A stretch of DNA of 64,000 nucleotides from Azolla caroliniana (lineage: Eukaryota > Plantae > Polypodiophyta), in assembly GCA_043228905.1 (NCBI GenBank), contig JBHGNT010000011.1, positions 11,222,001 to 11,286,000 on the forward strand. Direction: 5' to 3'. Position 1 is the first letter of the stretch, and each line of letters opens with the position of its first letter. Of this stretch, positions 1 to 12,700 are shown piece after piece. The notes under the pieces were generated by a model. It saw only the letters and a program-made list of their open reading frames with translations, did no database searches and was not told the origin of the DNA. Made by a program: the position numbers and the translations under genes.

Positions 1-1237
1 CCTGGTCGGGAGCCCATTTGTGAATCCCTTGATTGACTTGTAGCATTAGTAGGAGTGATGGGGCTAAAGAAAGTTGTGATTGTCCTTTGTGGATGAGCTT
101 GTGTGGCCGTATTGTTGTTCTTCAACAACTTTTCCCTATGTCTCTTGATTACCCTGTATTATTGTTCTACCAAGAAAAGTCCTAGGCACCGTTGGTCCTC
201 ATATTCCATTACCTTGTGTAGCGAGCCAAAGCCTTGTTTAAAGAGGCAATGGTATCTCCCTCTAATTTCATTAAAGACACTACAATGACAAACATAGTGT
301 TCTCCAAATTCCACTCCTTGATAACACAATTGGCAAATTCTTTCTTCTAGAGGTATTCGTGTAAATCTGCCTACCTCAATCTCTAACTGATGTGAGGATG
401 TCCGCTTGCTGCCCTATCACACTGCGTCGTGCATAGGATAGATGGATGTCCATATAAGGTGGCCTAATGATTGGTTCATCCTCCAATGTGTGTAAGAAGT
501 GTGTCTTATAGTGCAACATCCACTGATGATTGGTTCATCCTCCAATGTGTGTAAGAAGTGTGTCTTATAGTGCAACATCTTTGTACCAAGTGAAATTATG
601 GGGCTGATCCATGTTATCATGTTTTCCAAGTTAATAATATCAGTTCAAATCACTCTATTCTTATCCACTTTGGTCATATTTAGATGGGGAGAGTCCAAGC
701 TATATTGGAACGGGGGTAATGCATTTATACTCATGCCATGTGACTCGAACCATTGCTACATTTCCGCATACCAACAATGAGTGTCTCCATTTTCAGCCAG
801 TTGTCTTGATGACATAAGTGCCAACCTTGGGTACCTTCGTTTTGAGAGCTCCCAAAGACGTTGGAGACATGTGACTAATCGGAACAATGCCTCGGTGATT
901 ATAGGTGCCGCTCCCATCTCTGCCGTGTTATATCATGGGGCACCAATGATTTGCTCCTTATCATGCGGGCAATCATTGACACTAAAGGTCTCTCTAAATC
1001 TTTCCACTGATTTGCCTTGTTAAGACTCAGTCCCCACGTTTCTACTTCATAGAGAAGAGTTCGTGTGACGAGTGTATCAAGTAACCACAACTTAGTTTGT
1101 GGCTCTTGGAACTGCAAACATGCACATTGTCTTTCAAGAGCACCAAGGTAAGCATATCCACAAGAAAGTCAGGCACAAACAGCCTCCCTTAAGGAAAACC
1201 TAGGTCATGTAAGTGTTACTCCTAGGTATGTGTAGGA
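1..1237 (-). mobile_element. RTE-X-like LINE, 5'-truncated copy (3' part of ORF2: end of RT, C-terminal Cys/His region); continues off the left edge
   Basis: Minus-strand frames give YLGV...LLDTLVTRTLLYEVETWG and LEIEVGRFTRIPLEERICQLCYQGV...HYVCHC, with frameshifts. Highly similar to 2960-3490 and 15765-16946. Contains a 59-bp tandem duplication at about 467-580. Confidence 0.85.
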
Positions 1238-1630
1238 ACAAAGATATGTAACATCTTTTACAAGGCGAAAATGGCCTATGAGACCAAACAAGAGATTACA
1301 TCTTAAAATGGTGCCTAGTCATTGAGAGCAACAAACCAAAACAAATACAATTAGATATATGTTCTAAAGAATATAGTTAATCAGCACTTGAGATTCTGAA
1401 ATCAGTGTGAAACTAAATATGGGCCACTTCCATATGGATAGATAGATGCTTTTAGCATCCATAGAAGAAAGAAAGAAAGAAAGATATATTAACGTATTTT
1501 AAGAGGCCAAAATGGCCTATAAGAACAATTAAGAGATTACATCTTAAGTGTTGTCTCGTCTTTGAGAACAAATCAAAATAAAATAAATATTACATAGTAA
1601 ATATAAAAGTAAATAACATGAAAAGAAAAG
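1238..1630 (-). mobile_element. Two short LINE 3'-end fragments, the second with a (TTTC)n tail
   Basis: Plus-strand motif (gaaa)n-gatatattaacgtcttttaagaggccaaaatggcctataagaccaaa...gagattacatcttaa recurs at about 1240, 1465, 2900, 6535, 8640, 11015, 11295, 13770, 13855 and 49200. Confidence 0.75.
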
Positions 1631-1984
1631 AAATAACAGTAAATAGAGAGGCCAATATTGACCCATGGGACTTAAGTACAAAAGTTTTCTTGATGTGTAA
1701 CTCCTTCCTAAGTCCGGATATTCATACTTCGAAGCGCGCCAAGTCTCAATGTGTGAATAAGGCATACACATATGAGATCATCGTTCTACATGTTGTCTTT
1801 AGTATGACACTCAAGTCATCACCCGCTCTTAATATATCATCATAGCTTTCACAGAGATCTTCAGAGAGAAGTACCTTCAGTTCCAAGTGAAGATACTCTT
1901 TACTTATTAATAACAAGGGTAACAAAACCATGAATCAAATGTTCAGGTTCCATGTGCACAACACATTATTATTGCACAATCTAC

Positions 1985-2860
1985 TATAACCCCTTCATGT
2001 GTCCTAGTAGAGACACCAATTGTGTGGCCCTTGATTGAGTTGTAGCGTAAGGTGTGATGGAGCTAAAAAACAGCCACAATGGTTCTTTGTTGATGAGTTA
2101 TGGTTGTATTGTTGTTCTTCAGCAACTTACGGTGCAAGTTATGTCTCTTGAGTTCCAGCAGAAACTATCCCAAGCAGCATTGGTCTTTGTATTCCATTAC
2201 CTTGTCTAATGGGCCAAAGAATTGTTTGAAAAGGTGTTGGTATCTCCCTCTTGATTCATAAAAAATGGCACAATGGCAGATGATGTTCTTCCAATTCCAC
2301 CCCCAACAGCCAAATTGGTAGATCAATTCTTCCATAAATTTATATGCATATTTTCCTAACTCAATTTGATGTGACGAGAGTAGGTTATAGTACACCCCTA
2401 TTTTATTCCAATTATGAGCTGAAGATGTAGTACAACATCAAAGGCTATCTTGAAATCCACTGCGCAACTATCGATTCTCTTGTTTATGTGCTTGTCGCTC
2501 CTCAATAAGGGCTTGAAGGGTCAATATGTGATCCATAGTTGTGAAACCCTTCTGGAAAGGTACCTGTCCAGCTGAACAGCAGCTATTTCCTTCTACCCCC
2601 AGGTAATGGCTACTCATGATGGTCCTATAATTGCTAGGGATCATGGGATCTCCACTCTTGAAAATTGGTACAATACTCTTGCATATTATGCCAAGCTTGA
2701 GGTAAGGCCAGGTTTCTCGTGCCCATTTATGTGTAGAAATTTCCCAGGTTGCTTCTCCTTGGAATCATCTCTTTGTATTACTACACTCCTCATCATACCA
2801 ACTATTTTCTGTGCCTCTACTACACATGGGCGCATTGGCAACTGGCATAGTACCATCTCT
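1985..2860 (-). mobile_element. Older, internally deleted LINE copy of the same family
   Basis: Diverged homology to the ORF2 C-terminus (CHCAIFYESRGRYQHLFKQ) joined to RT N-terminal pieces (FTTMDHI; PIFKSGDPMIPSNYRTI). Confidence 0.7.
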
Positions 2861-2889
2861 TAAGAGAGGAAATGCCCAACAAGACCAAG

Positions 2890-5800
2890 AGAAAGAAGAA
2901 AAAAAGAAAGATATATTAACGTCTTTTAAGAGGTCAAAATGGCCTATACGACCAAATAAGAACGCGGGTAGTGCATTTATACTCATGCCATGTGACTCGA
3001 ACCATTGCTGCATTTCAGCATACCAACAATGAGTGTCTCCATTTTCAGCCAGTTGTCTTGATGACATAAGTGCCAACCTTGGGTACCTTCGTTTCGGGAG
3101 CTCCCAAAGACGTTGGATAAATGTCACTAATCGGAACAATGCCTCGGTTATTATAGGTGTTGCACCCATCTCTACCCGGATTATATCGTGGGGCACCGAT
3201 GCTTTGCTCCTTATCATGCGAGCAATCATTGACACTAAAGGTCTCCCTAAATCTTTCCAATGATTTGCCTTGTTAAGACCCGGTCCCCACGTTTCTACTC
3301 CATAGAGAAGAGTTGGTGTGACAAGTGTATCAAATAACCACAACTTAGTTCGTGACTCTTGGAACTACAAATGTGCACATTGTCTCTCAAGAGCACCAAG
3401 GGCTGCATATCCACAAGAAAGTCGGGCACAAGCAACCTCCTATAAGGAGAACCTAGGTCTTGTAAATGTTACTCCTAGGTATGTGTAGGAGCGTATGTAT
3501 TCCACCTTTTCCTCTCCCAAGAAGAATTCTGGTTCTGATCTTGTTACCCATGCTTGAGTGGTGTTAAACACCATCACTTTAGTTTTGTCCATGTTGATTG
3601 ACAAACCTTTGTCCGTACAAAATAGTTTTAAGGCATTTAGATGTCTTTGTATTCCCTCCGGAGAGTCAAAAATCAGCACAATGTCATCAGCATATAGTAA
3701 TATTTGTATAGCTATACCTGTTAGGCATGCTCCAGAACCCTTGAATCTCTCTATGTAATGTGATACCTCATCTATATAGAGACCGAAGAGAGTGGGGATA
3801 GTGGGGGGATAGTGGGCATCCTTGCTTCACTCCAACTGTGCTAGCCACCACCTCTGACAAGCCCTTGGAAGACCGCACTTTTCCTGACACGGATTCATAG
3901 AGTGCATAGATTCCCCGTTGGATATATGCAGGAACACCAAGGGCTTCTAGCCGTTGCATAAGCCGAGCACATGGCACAGTGTCAAAGGCTTTTCGGAAAT
4001 CCACAAAGCAGCAATAAATCCTCTTATTGTGGCCTCTTCCCTCCTCAATAAGGGCCCAGAGGTTGAATATGTGATCCAAAGTTGTGAACCCCTTTCCGAA
4101 AGCCTGCCTGTCCAACTGAACGGCAGCCATTATGCTCTGCCCATATACTCAATTCTAATTCTAGAATCAACCCATATAGTTTAGACAAGTAATGGCCAAT
4201 CATGATTGTCCTATAGTTGCTTGGCATCATGGGGTCTCCACTCTTGAGGATTGGCACAATGGTATGCTGAGTCCATCTAGTAGGGAAACCTTCACAAATG
4301 GCTCTATTAAAGATGTGTGCTAGCAATGGGAGCAAGGTGTCACGGGCATAGATAAAGTGCTCACCCACCAATCCATCATGATCTTGGGTCTTCCCAAATT
4401 GTAGCTGATCAATGGCATTTCTTACATTTTGTGGTGTAAAGAAGGTTGATTCATGTGGCGTGAGGCATTCGGGTGGGGAAGAGGAGGTTGCCCCGGGATA
4501 TCATATAGAACCTTTGCATATTCATGCCACACCTATGGTGAGGTTAATTGTGTGGTGGGTTGCCTCTCATTAAACATTTTCCATGCTCTTTTACTCTCCT
4601 GTCCTAGAAACAAGTGATACAAATGATCTTCAAATTTGGCCAAATACAATCTCTTCTTCTTCCTTATGAGATAGTAGCGTTGGAAGGTTGCTCTCGCTTG
4701 GTTGTGTGTATAAATGCCCCGTGTTACATCACGTTGCAAGCATCTCCTTGTATCACGACATTCCTTATCATACCAACTATTTTGTATTACTCTACCAAGT
4801 TTGGGGGGATTGGCCGATGTGTGAGGGAAGGCATTTGTAGCCGCTTTATGCAATGATTTGGACAATCCTTGGGTAACCTCTTTAAGGGGTGCGAAAGGAT
4901 CCAAATCTAGCATGCCATTGTATACACTACAACTATACACATCAATTGTCTCGCGAGTAAATAGATACTTAGCCAGCCCATCTCCTTAGCATATACATCC
5001 TTTGTGCATCCATCCTTTACCTTGAAGCGTAGATATGCATGATCTGCTGCCAAGCCAATAGGTCTACCCAATATTGTGAACACTGTTATTTCAAGTATAA
5101 GAGATGGAGATCCCATTAGATAATCGACTGTGCTTGCACCCCCTTTTGGGTTCCAACATGTCAAAGCATTTGATCCAAGCCATTGTGCCAAGCCATTATA
5201 TATCACAAATCCCAAGGCTAGAAAGTGTTTTCCATATTCAGTTATAGCACTCATATATTGAGCTTGTCGCTTTAGACCAACCTCTTCTGCCATAACGTCT
5301 CCATAAACTGCCTCGTTGGTGTTAAACATAGTTGGTTGTTCATCCTTGGTTCGTGTATTATCTCCTAATAGTATTATCATCATATAGTGGTAGATATGGT
5401 GATTCACCTAGAGGTGAAAACCTTGAGTAGGCAAGTGGAAAGTAGCAAATTGCAATATATAACTCCCTAAGATCCCCTCTTTTTATTCGTATCCACATGT
5501 AGTGTGCATCTACATCCTTATGGATAACATGCACTCTATCATGGAGCTCCTTTTATGAAGCTCTTTTGTGTATAGCACAGCCACTCCTCCCGAACCTCTA
5601 GTGCTTCCTTGTGCTCGAGGTTAAGGGCGACATATTGACTCCCAGTTATATCCTTGTACCTCGGGGAGTTTGCTAGCCATGCATTGGCGAGTCTCTATAT
5701 ACATAGCAATATCTGTGTTTTTCAATGTATCTTCAAAATATCTGACATCTGTCCGTAGAGAGCCGTTGCAATTCTATATGGTCATGTGTAGGGTCTCATA

Positions 5801-6531
5801 GGCGATATATCGTCATGCAGTCCTCTTCTCTGTAATAATGACCTTGCCATCTCTATAAACGGCCCATTTTCCTTCCTTTCTTGCATCAAGCACTCGTGGC
5901 ATGTTTTCTTTGTGGTGTGCCACTTGGGCTGGAGTGAGATCGTCATCTAAGTATATTTTTTCACCCTTGAGTGCCCTTCTTTTAGAGAGGAAAGTTGTTT
6001 TCTTGTTAATATCCATGAAACGGATGATAAGGGCTTTAGCTCTAGACTCATCTCTTCCCACCCTCCATGCCAAAGCAAATGGAATATCTAATGCTCCAAT
6101 CTTTGTTCCGAGATTCTTGGCATCTTCTTGTGGACTTCCTTTTTCAGCCCAACCAAGAACTCGTACATGCAACACATGAGCTTTCCTCTTGGCTTCTTCT
6201 TCTAATGTAGCATTCATCATTGCCCTCCTATCCATGGATGTTCCTTTTTGCTTTTTCACTACCTCTATCCAAGGAGCATTTGCTTTAATTTCGTTTTGGG
6301 CGTGCTCAGCTTGAGCTTTGGCATCTTTGGCCATGTCTGGTCATGTTTGCATTTCCTTAGTGACATTGGCTTTCACTGTAGAGATGCATCTTTCCACTGC
6401 TTCTTGTCCTTTTTCGAAATCCACTTTTATAGCTCCTAACTCAACCTTACTTAAGGATATTTCATCCTTAAGGTATTGTGTCATATCATCCTTAAGATCT
6501 AAGTGTGATTTCTTCACATGGCTTATTATGT
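2890..6531 (-). mobile_element. Near-full-length RTE-X-like LINE (ORF1 + APE endonuclease + RT), disrupted
   Basis: ORF1 5813-6484 (coiled coil, then RVG...KALIIRF...KIYLDDDLT). Endonuclease from about 5785 (MTI*NCNG, GSGGVAV, LLGDN, STVDYL, DHAYL). RT motifs PSNYRTI, YCCFVDFRKAFDTV, GVKQGCPLSP, YADD, GLSINMDKTKVM, YLGV. An internal deletion fuses ORF2 to the 3' tail at about 2960. Confidence 0.9.
5813..6484 (-). pseudogene. LINE ORF1 (coiled-coil + RRM-like, L2/CR1/RTE-X type)
   Basis: ORF track 5813-6334 is in frame with upstream 6341-6670 across one stop codon. It lies immediately upstream of the endonuclease domain. Confidence 0.75.
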
Positions 6532-6716
6532 CAAAGAAAGAAAGAAAAAAAGATATATTAATGTCTTTTAAGAGGCCAAAATGGCCTATAAGACCAAATA
6601 AGAGATTATATCTAAAGAGTTGTCTCGTCTTTGAGAACAAATCAAAATAAACATACCAAAATAAACACATACAATAAACTAGTAAAACTGCAATGAGGAA
6701 TGAGGGAGCAGTTTAC

Positions 6717-9700
6717 CTGTTGCTGACGATGTCTTTGAGAAAAAAATGGACGAAAGGAATCCCATAGCAATTTGTAAATTTATGTATACAAAATAGAATA
6801 TGCATTGGATGCCATATGAATTTCGTTTGAAGAAATTTAGACCTATAAACATAAACACAATCCACATAAGAGTTTTTTTCACATATAAGGGGGTTCATGA
6901 GACTATTAATGGGTTCATTTAAACCCCAAAAGGAGGAAAATAAGAGGTTTAGGACATCATACTAGTCTAACTTCTCTTGCTGAATATAGCTCAGATGTAG
7001 GCATCTGATGACAGAAATTCAAAATGCTTTAAACAAATTATGCCACTGAATAAGAATCATCCATCTATGTAACGATACACTATAGACGAGAGTTTTGAGC
7101 TGATGCCTTTGGGAAACTTTTCCAATATAATTAAAATGACCCACCTCCCAGTATCATCCATATATGTAGCTCATATGACCTCAAAATAAGGATTCTTAGT
7201 TAAAATATAATCTAAATGTGGTTGTCTAGTTCTAAAGAGTCTTTGTATTATCCATGAGCTCCATGGTTAGTTCGTGTCTACTATCCATTCATTATGTGAG
7301 GAATTGAGGATACTTATCCCCTTCGTATCCTATATTCTAATAACCACATGCTGACCTCTAATTCTCGCAACGATGGTAGGTCAATCAAAGGTGGGCTAGG
7401 TCTGTATGTTAATACTCAATCATGGCAATGACATGAGATACAAGAAATACGCAAGGTCCGTGTTCTATCTTACAGGGAAGCATCGTCATTTTATGGCCAC
7501 CACACTAGAAAGTCACCGGCCACACTATGCTCTTGACAGCATCACTACACTGCTTTTGGGTTGTATTCCTCAGATCAGGAACAATAAATAAAACCCTAGA
7601 CTTCATGATCCCTGATTTTCTTAATGAGAAACCCTTACCATAATGCAAGTTCTTTAATCAAAATCCATAACTATACTCAATAAATTGTAATCTAGATTCT
7701 TCAATAATCTTAGTACATAGTCCAGAATTTCTAAATCCGAATCCTCATATACACAAATATAATATCCACCTTCACATGTATCAATTCACAAACAGAAATA
7801 CCAATAACAAACTTCAAAAAGTTATTCTGCTGTGAATAAACATGCTATCTGTCCTCTCAAAACAATTGTGAAGTTGGGTGTGTGTATGTGTATAGCAGAT
7901 CCTTTGAGAGGAACGCATTATCATCACAGGGGATCATTACAGCTGTGGCAAAGAGATTTCCCCATTTACTTCAACTACAGATACATTCACACTAACTGTA
8001 AACTTCGATAGTCGGGTATCTGAGATATCAACGGATAGGGCCCTAAAGATGTATCTACATTAGCATCTATGTTTTTCATAAACAATACTGAGCAGAATGA
8101 GGGTACTGAAGTAGCTAGACCCTATAAATCATGGGCTACATTGTGCCAAACACAGAACCCATTAGATAAATTGAGACGATTTTGTGTCAGTGCTCTAGTT
8201 CCAGCAGATACTGCATGGATGTATACCTACATTTCACATTTCTGATCAGATTGTTATAGAACAAAGAAACATAAGTAGGTTTGCAGTTGGTTTACCAATC
8301 AGAGAACCAAATATCATGAAACATATCATATAAACTACTGAGATTAACAGAAAGAAAAAGTAAGTTATCAGCCAATATGCTCCATCTTCAAGCCCATGCA
8401 TCTTCATCATTATTCTGAGCTTTTGTTGCTTTTCATACACGAGAGTTGCAATAATCACCTAAGACAATCACCAAATTTTCTTTATTACACAAATTATATC
8501 TATTCCAAGCATAAACAATGACACACTTTGACAATGTTCTTTATTTTCAATAGCTACTCTATACAATTGGTGTTGGCCCTCATCGCTACTGTAATCCTGT
8601 ATAGAAAAGATCTGAAGCACCCATTTGCATCTCCAAAGAAGAAAGAAAGAAAGAAAGATATATTAACGTCTTTTAAGAGGTCAAATGGCCTATAAGACCA
8701 AACAAGAGATTACATCTTAACTGTTGTCTCGTCTTTGAGAACAACAAATCAAAATAAAATAAATATTACTCAGTAAATATAAAAGTAAATAAGATAAAAA
8801 GATACGAAAAAATCTGGTTTTCGGCACATGTGAGATTCTCAAGTTAGATATATTCTAACTTTTGTCTTCAAAAGATCTCTAGCATAGGTCAACCCAAAAA
8901 CGGAGAGGTCTCCGAAGCGAGGGAAGCACCTGTTATGGTGGGAGATAATGGCCTTTATTTGTCGATGACAAGGGTGCTAAGGTCGTGGTCCATGACGCCG
9001 AGGCCTACATGCACAAAAAATTGCTATTCCCCACATGTGAGATTCTCAAGTTAGATATATTCTAAGTTTTGTCTTCAAAATATCTCTAGCATAGGTCGAT
9101 CCAAAATGGAGAGGTCTCCGAAGTGAGGGAAGCACCTGTTATGGCGGGAGATAATGACCTTTATCTGTCGATGACAAGGGTGCTGAGGTCGTGGTCCATG
9201 ACGTCGGGGCCTACATGCACAAAAAATTGCTATTCCCCAATCTATTGTAACCCCTTTGTTATGTCCTAGTCGGGAGCCCATTTGTGTATCCCTTGATTGA
9301 CTAGTAGCATTAGTAGGAGTGATGGGGCTAAAGAAAGTTGTGATTGTTCTTTGTGGATAAGTTTGTGTGGCTGTACTATTGTCCTTCAACAACTTTTCCC
9401 TATGTCACTTGAGTTTTACCAAGAAAACTCCTAGGTACCGTTGGTCCTCATATTCCATTACCTTGGGTGGTGAGCCAAAGCCTTGTTGAAAGAGGTGATT
9501 TCATAAAAGACACTACAGTGACAAACATAGTGTTCTTCATATTCTACTTCTTGATGACAATTGGAAAATTCAGATTCCACTCCTTGTTACATCTGAGATG
9601 TTGCAAGAATTTGACTCAGTAGAGTTGGGCTTGAGTTGGCGATCCACGGATTCTGAAAACTTACAGAGTATGGAAGATATCTTTAGAAATGTTATCTACA

Positions 9701-12700
9701 CACGGATTAGCCATTTTGAACAGGCTAGAAAGATATTCATGAGGTCATGTTTTTACTTGATTTCCACATATGCATGTCACTAACGTAGTGGATTATATTC
9801 TTGCTCCCACCACATTTGTGCCTTTTATACATGAGCTCTCAGTGTCACCTAAACCCATTGTACACAGAAGAGATGTTTTGTTCCTTATTATGTAGGCAGC
9901 CATCAAATGTAAAGCTCATTCGTAATCTCTCCAATTATGTGCTCACGAATGCTCAATCCCCAAATTTCTACACCCTAAAGGAGATGTAGTCATTCGTATC
10001 AAACAACCACAATTTTGTTCACAGTTCTCAGAACTGACTATGTGCACATTGTCTTTCAGGGTGCATATACACGAGAGATTCAAACACAGACATCCTCCTG
10101 TAGGTAAAACCAAGGCCCTCTGAATGATACTCCTAGGTATGAATGTAACCCTGTGAATGATACTCCCAAATAAGTATTCTAGTTCTGATCTTGTTGCCCA
10201 TGCTTGGTGGTGTTAAATATCATCCCGTTACTTTAATCAAGGTTTACAGACAATGCTAATTTATACAAAACAACAATAGAGCATTCCATGTCTTTTTAGT
10301 CTCTCCAAAGAGTCAAAATTCAACACAATGTCATCAGCATATAGTAGCATCCGTATGGCTATCTCCACCCACACATTCTCCTGCAGCACCCAATCTCTCG
10401 ATGTAATTTGATACCTTATCTATATAAAAACCAAGACAATGGACATCCTTGTTTCACACCAATCATGCTAGCCACAACCTTTGACAACCCATTAGAAGTG
10501 CCACTTTCCCAAACACATACATATAGTGCATATATTTTCCATAGCATATATATAGGAACTCAAAGGGCTCCTAGCTGTTGGATGAGCCCAGCACATGATA
10601 CAATATGAAGGGGTTCCTGAAAATCCAAAAAGTGGCAATAGATTCTCTCTTTTGGGCTCTTCCTTCCTCAACATGGTCTTGAAAGATCAAGATGTGGTCC
10701 ATAGTGGTGAACCCTTTTGGAAACCTTCCTAACACGGTGAATGGACACCATTTCTCTCTGCCCATACACTCAATCCTGTCTCTAAAATTGAGCCATATAG
10801 TTTGGCCAAGTAATGAATGGCCAATCAAATTTGTCCTATAGTGGCTAGGTATCACAGGATCTCTGCTCTTGATGATTAGTACAATGATATGTTCTCCAAC
10901 TAGTAGGAAACCTTCACATATACAAGAACGAATGCTAGAAGTCAAACCATTGAGGCAGGGGCACAGACAAAATGCTCACCTTGGGCTTTTCCAAATTGTT
11001 ATAAACACTTCAGAGAAAGAAAGATATGTTAACATAGGTTAAAATGGCCTATGAAACCAAAATGGGAGATTACATCTTAAAATGTTGTCTCATCTTGAGA
11101 AACAACAATAACTAAATTAGTAGAATTGCTTAAGTTACCTGAGAATATTGTTCACCAAGCACTCATATTCTAAGGTTAGATAAATTTCTGCCTTCAAAAG
11201 ATCTCCAAAGTAAGGGAAGCACCTTCGGTGTCAGGTGATAATGGCTTCATTTGTCAATGACAAGGATCACAGATACATGGTAGACATGCACATATTTAAA
11301 GACGCCAAAATGGCCTAGAAGACCAAATAGTACACCCTAAAATGTCCCGTATTTGAGAACAAATTGAAATATAACTAAATAGTAAAACTTCCTAAGGTAC
11401 CAGATATTCTCTTAAGCTAATCATATGTTCATTATTAGAAAAAAAATGAGCTGAGGAATTGTACAGAAGAAAAACTTACAGGATACAGTAGCTGTATCAC
11501 CCACATGAAGAACAATGGACCAAGTAATGATGAAAAGTCTAACATAATATGTGTAGTTAATTTAGGCATTTCTGAAATAAACCACAAGGGAAGCTGTGCA
11601 CTTGACCCAAGAATCAGACGTAAATATGCCTGAGACACCTAGGATCAAGAAAATAAAAATATACTCCTTAGGATAAAAAGTAGCCACATAATGAAAAATA
11701 ACGAATGAATTAATAGGTTTCGCATAGATCTTTTCTATTCGTCAAAAAGTTCAGCATATACATAACTCAGGAATTAGATCACCACGATAGAAATATGAGC
11801 AGGATAATGCATACTAAAATGTTCCGTGGATGTGTTCACATATCAACTTTTCACATTCAGAAAGATTAGCAATTCATGTGCATTAGGTTTATTAGAAGGT
11901 ATGGGAGTCAACTTTTAAGAAATTATTAAGTATAAATGGTACAAGTATTATTAAAAGCTACATTATATTTCTTTCTGATTTATGGTTGATAATATCATTA
12001 AAATATTGAAAACAGATCAAATATGCTATTTTAACCATAAGAAGTCCAAAATCATAAAATAAAGAAAATGCATGGAGCTAATTAAAATGTTAGTTTCAGC
12101 TATTAGAAGGTGATTTTTACTGAATTCATCCACATGCTATATGACCCGATTCAGAATTAGCATGATGAAGATATTTTCTTCTTCTATTCTACATAGAAGC
12201 TATCATTAAACTACTGGAAACAGATCAAATATGCTAGTTCATCCATAAAAAGTTCATGAGCATAAAATAAAGAAAAATGCATGGAGATCCTTAAAATGTT
12301 GGTTTTTGCTGTTGGAAGGAGAATTTTGATGATTTCATCAATGTGATATGAGCTGATTCGGGATTATCATGATGAAGTTTTATTTTCTTCTTTTTTCTAT
12401 TCTAGATAAAAACTACCAATGATATCAAGATCACGAGTGACAATGAGTATGACTGATACCACAGGATTGGTCAGATAGGTCAAGTTCCTCATAAGCTGTG
12501 CCTGTAAACTCAAATTATGACATCCAAACATGCTGGATATCATCATTTGAATTGAAAGTTTTAGAATATTCTCTCCTCAATATAGTGATTGATGTTCTGA
12601 ATATCTTACTTACAATTCCAAGTACATTATGTGTTGTTTTGCTACTCTTAATTATTCAAAACCATTGCATCATCCAACTAACAGCTCAATATTTGGAGCA

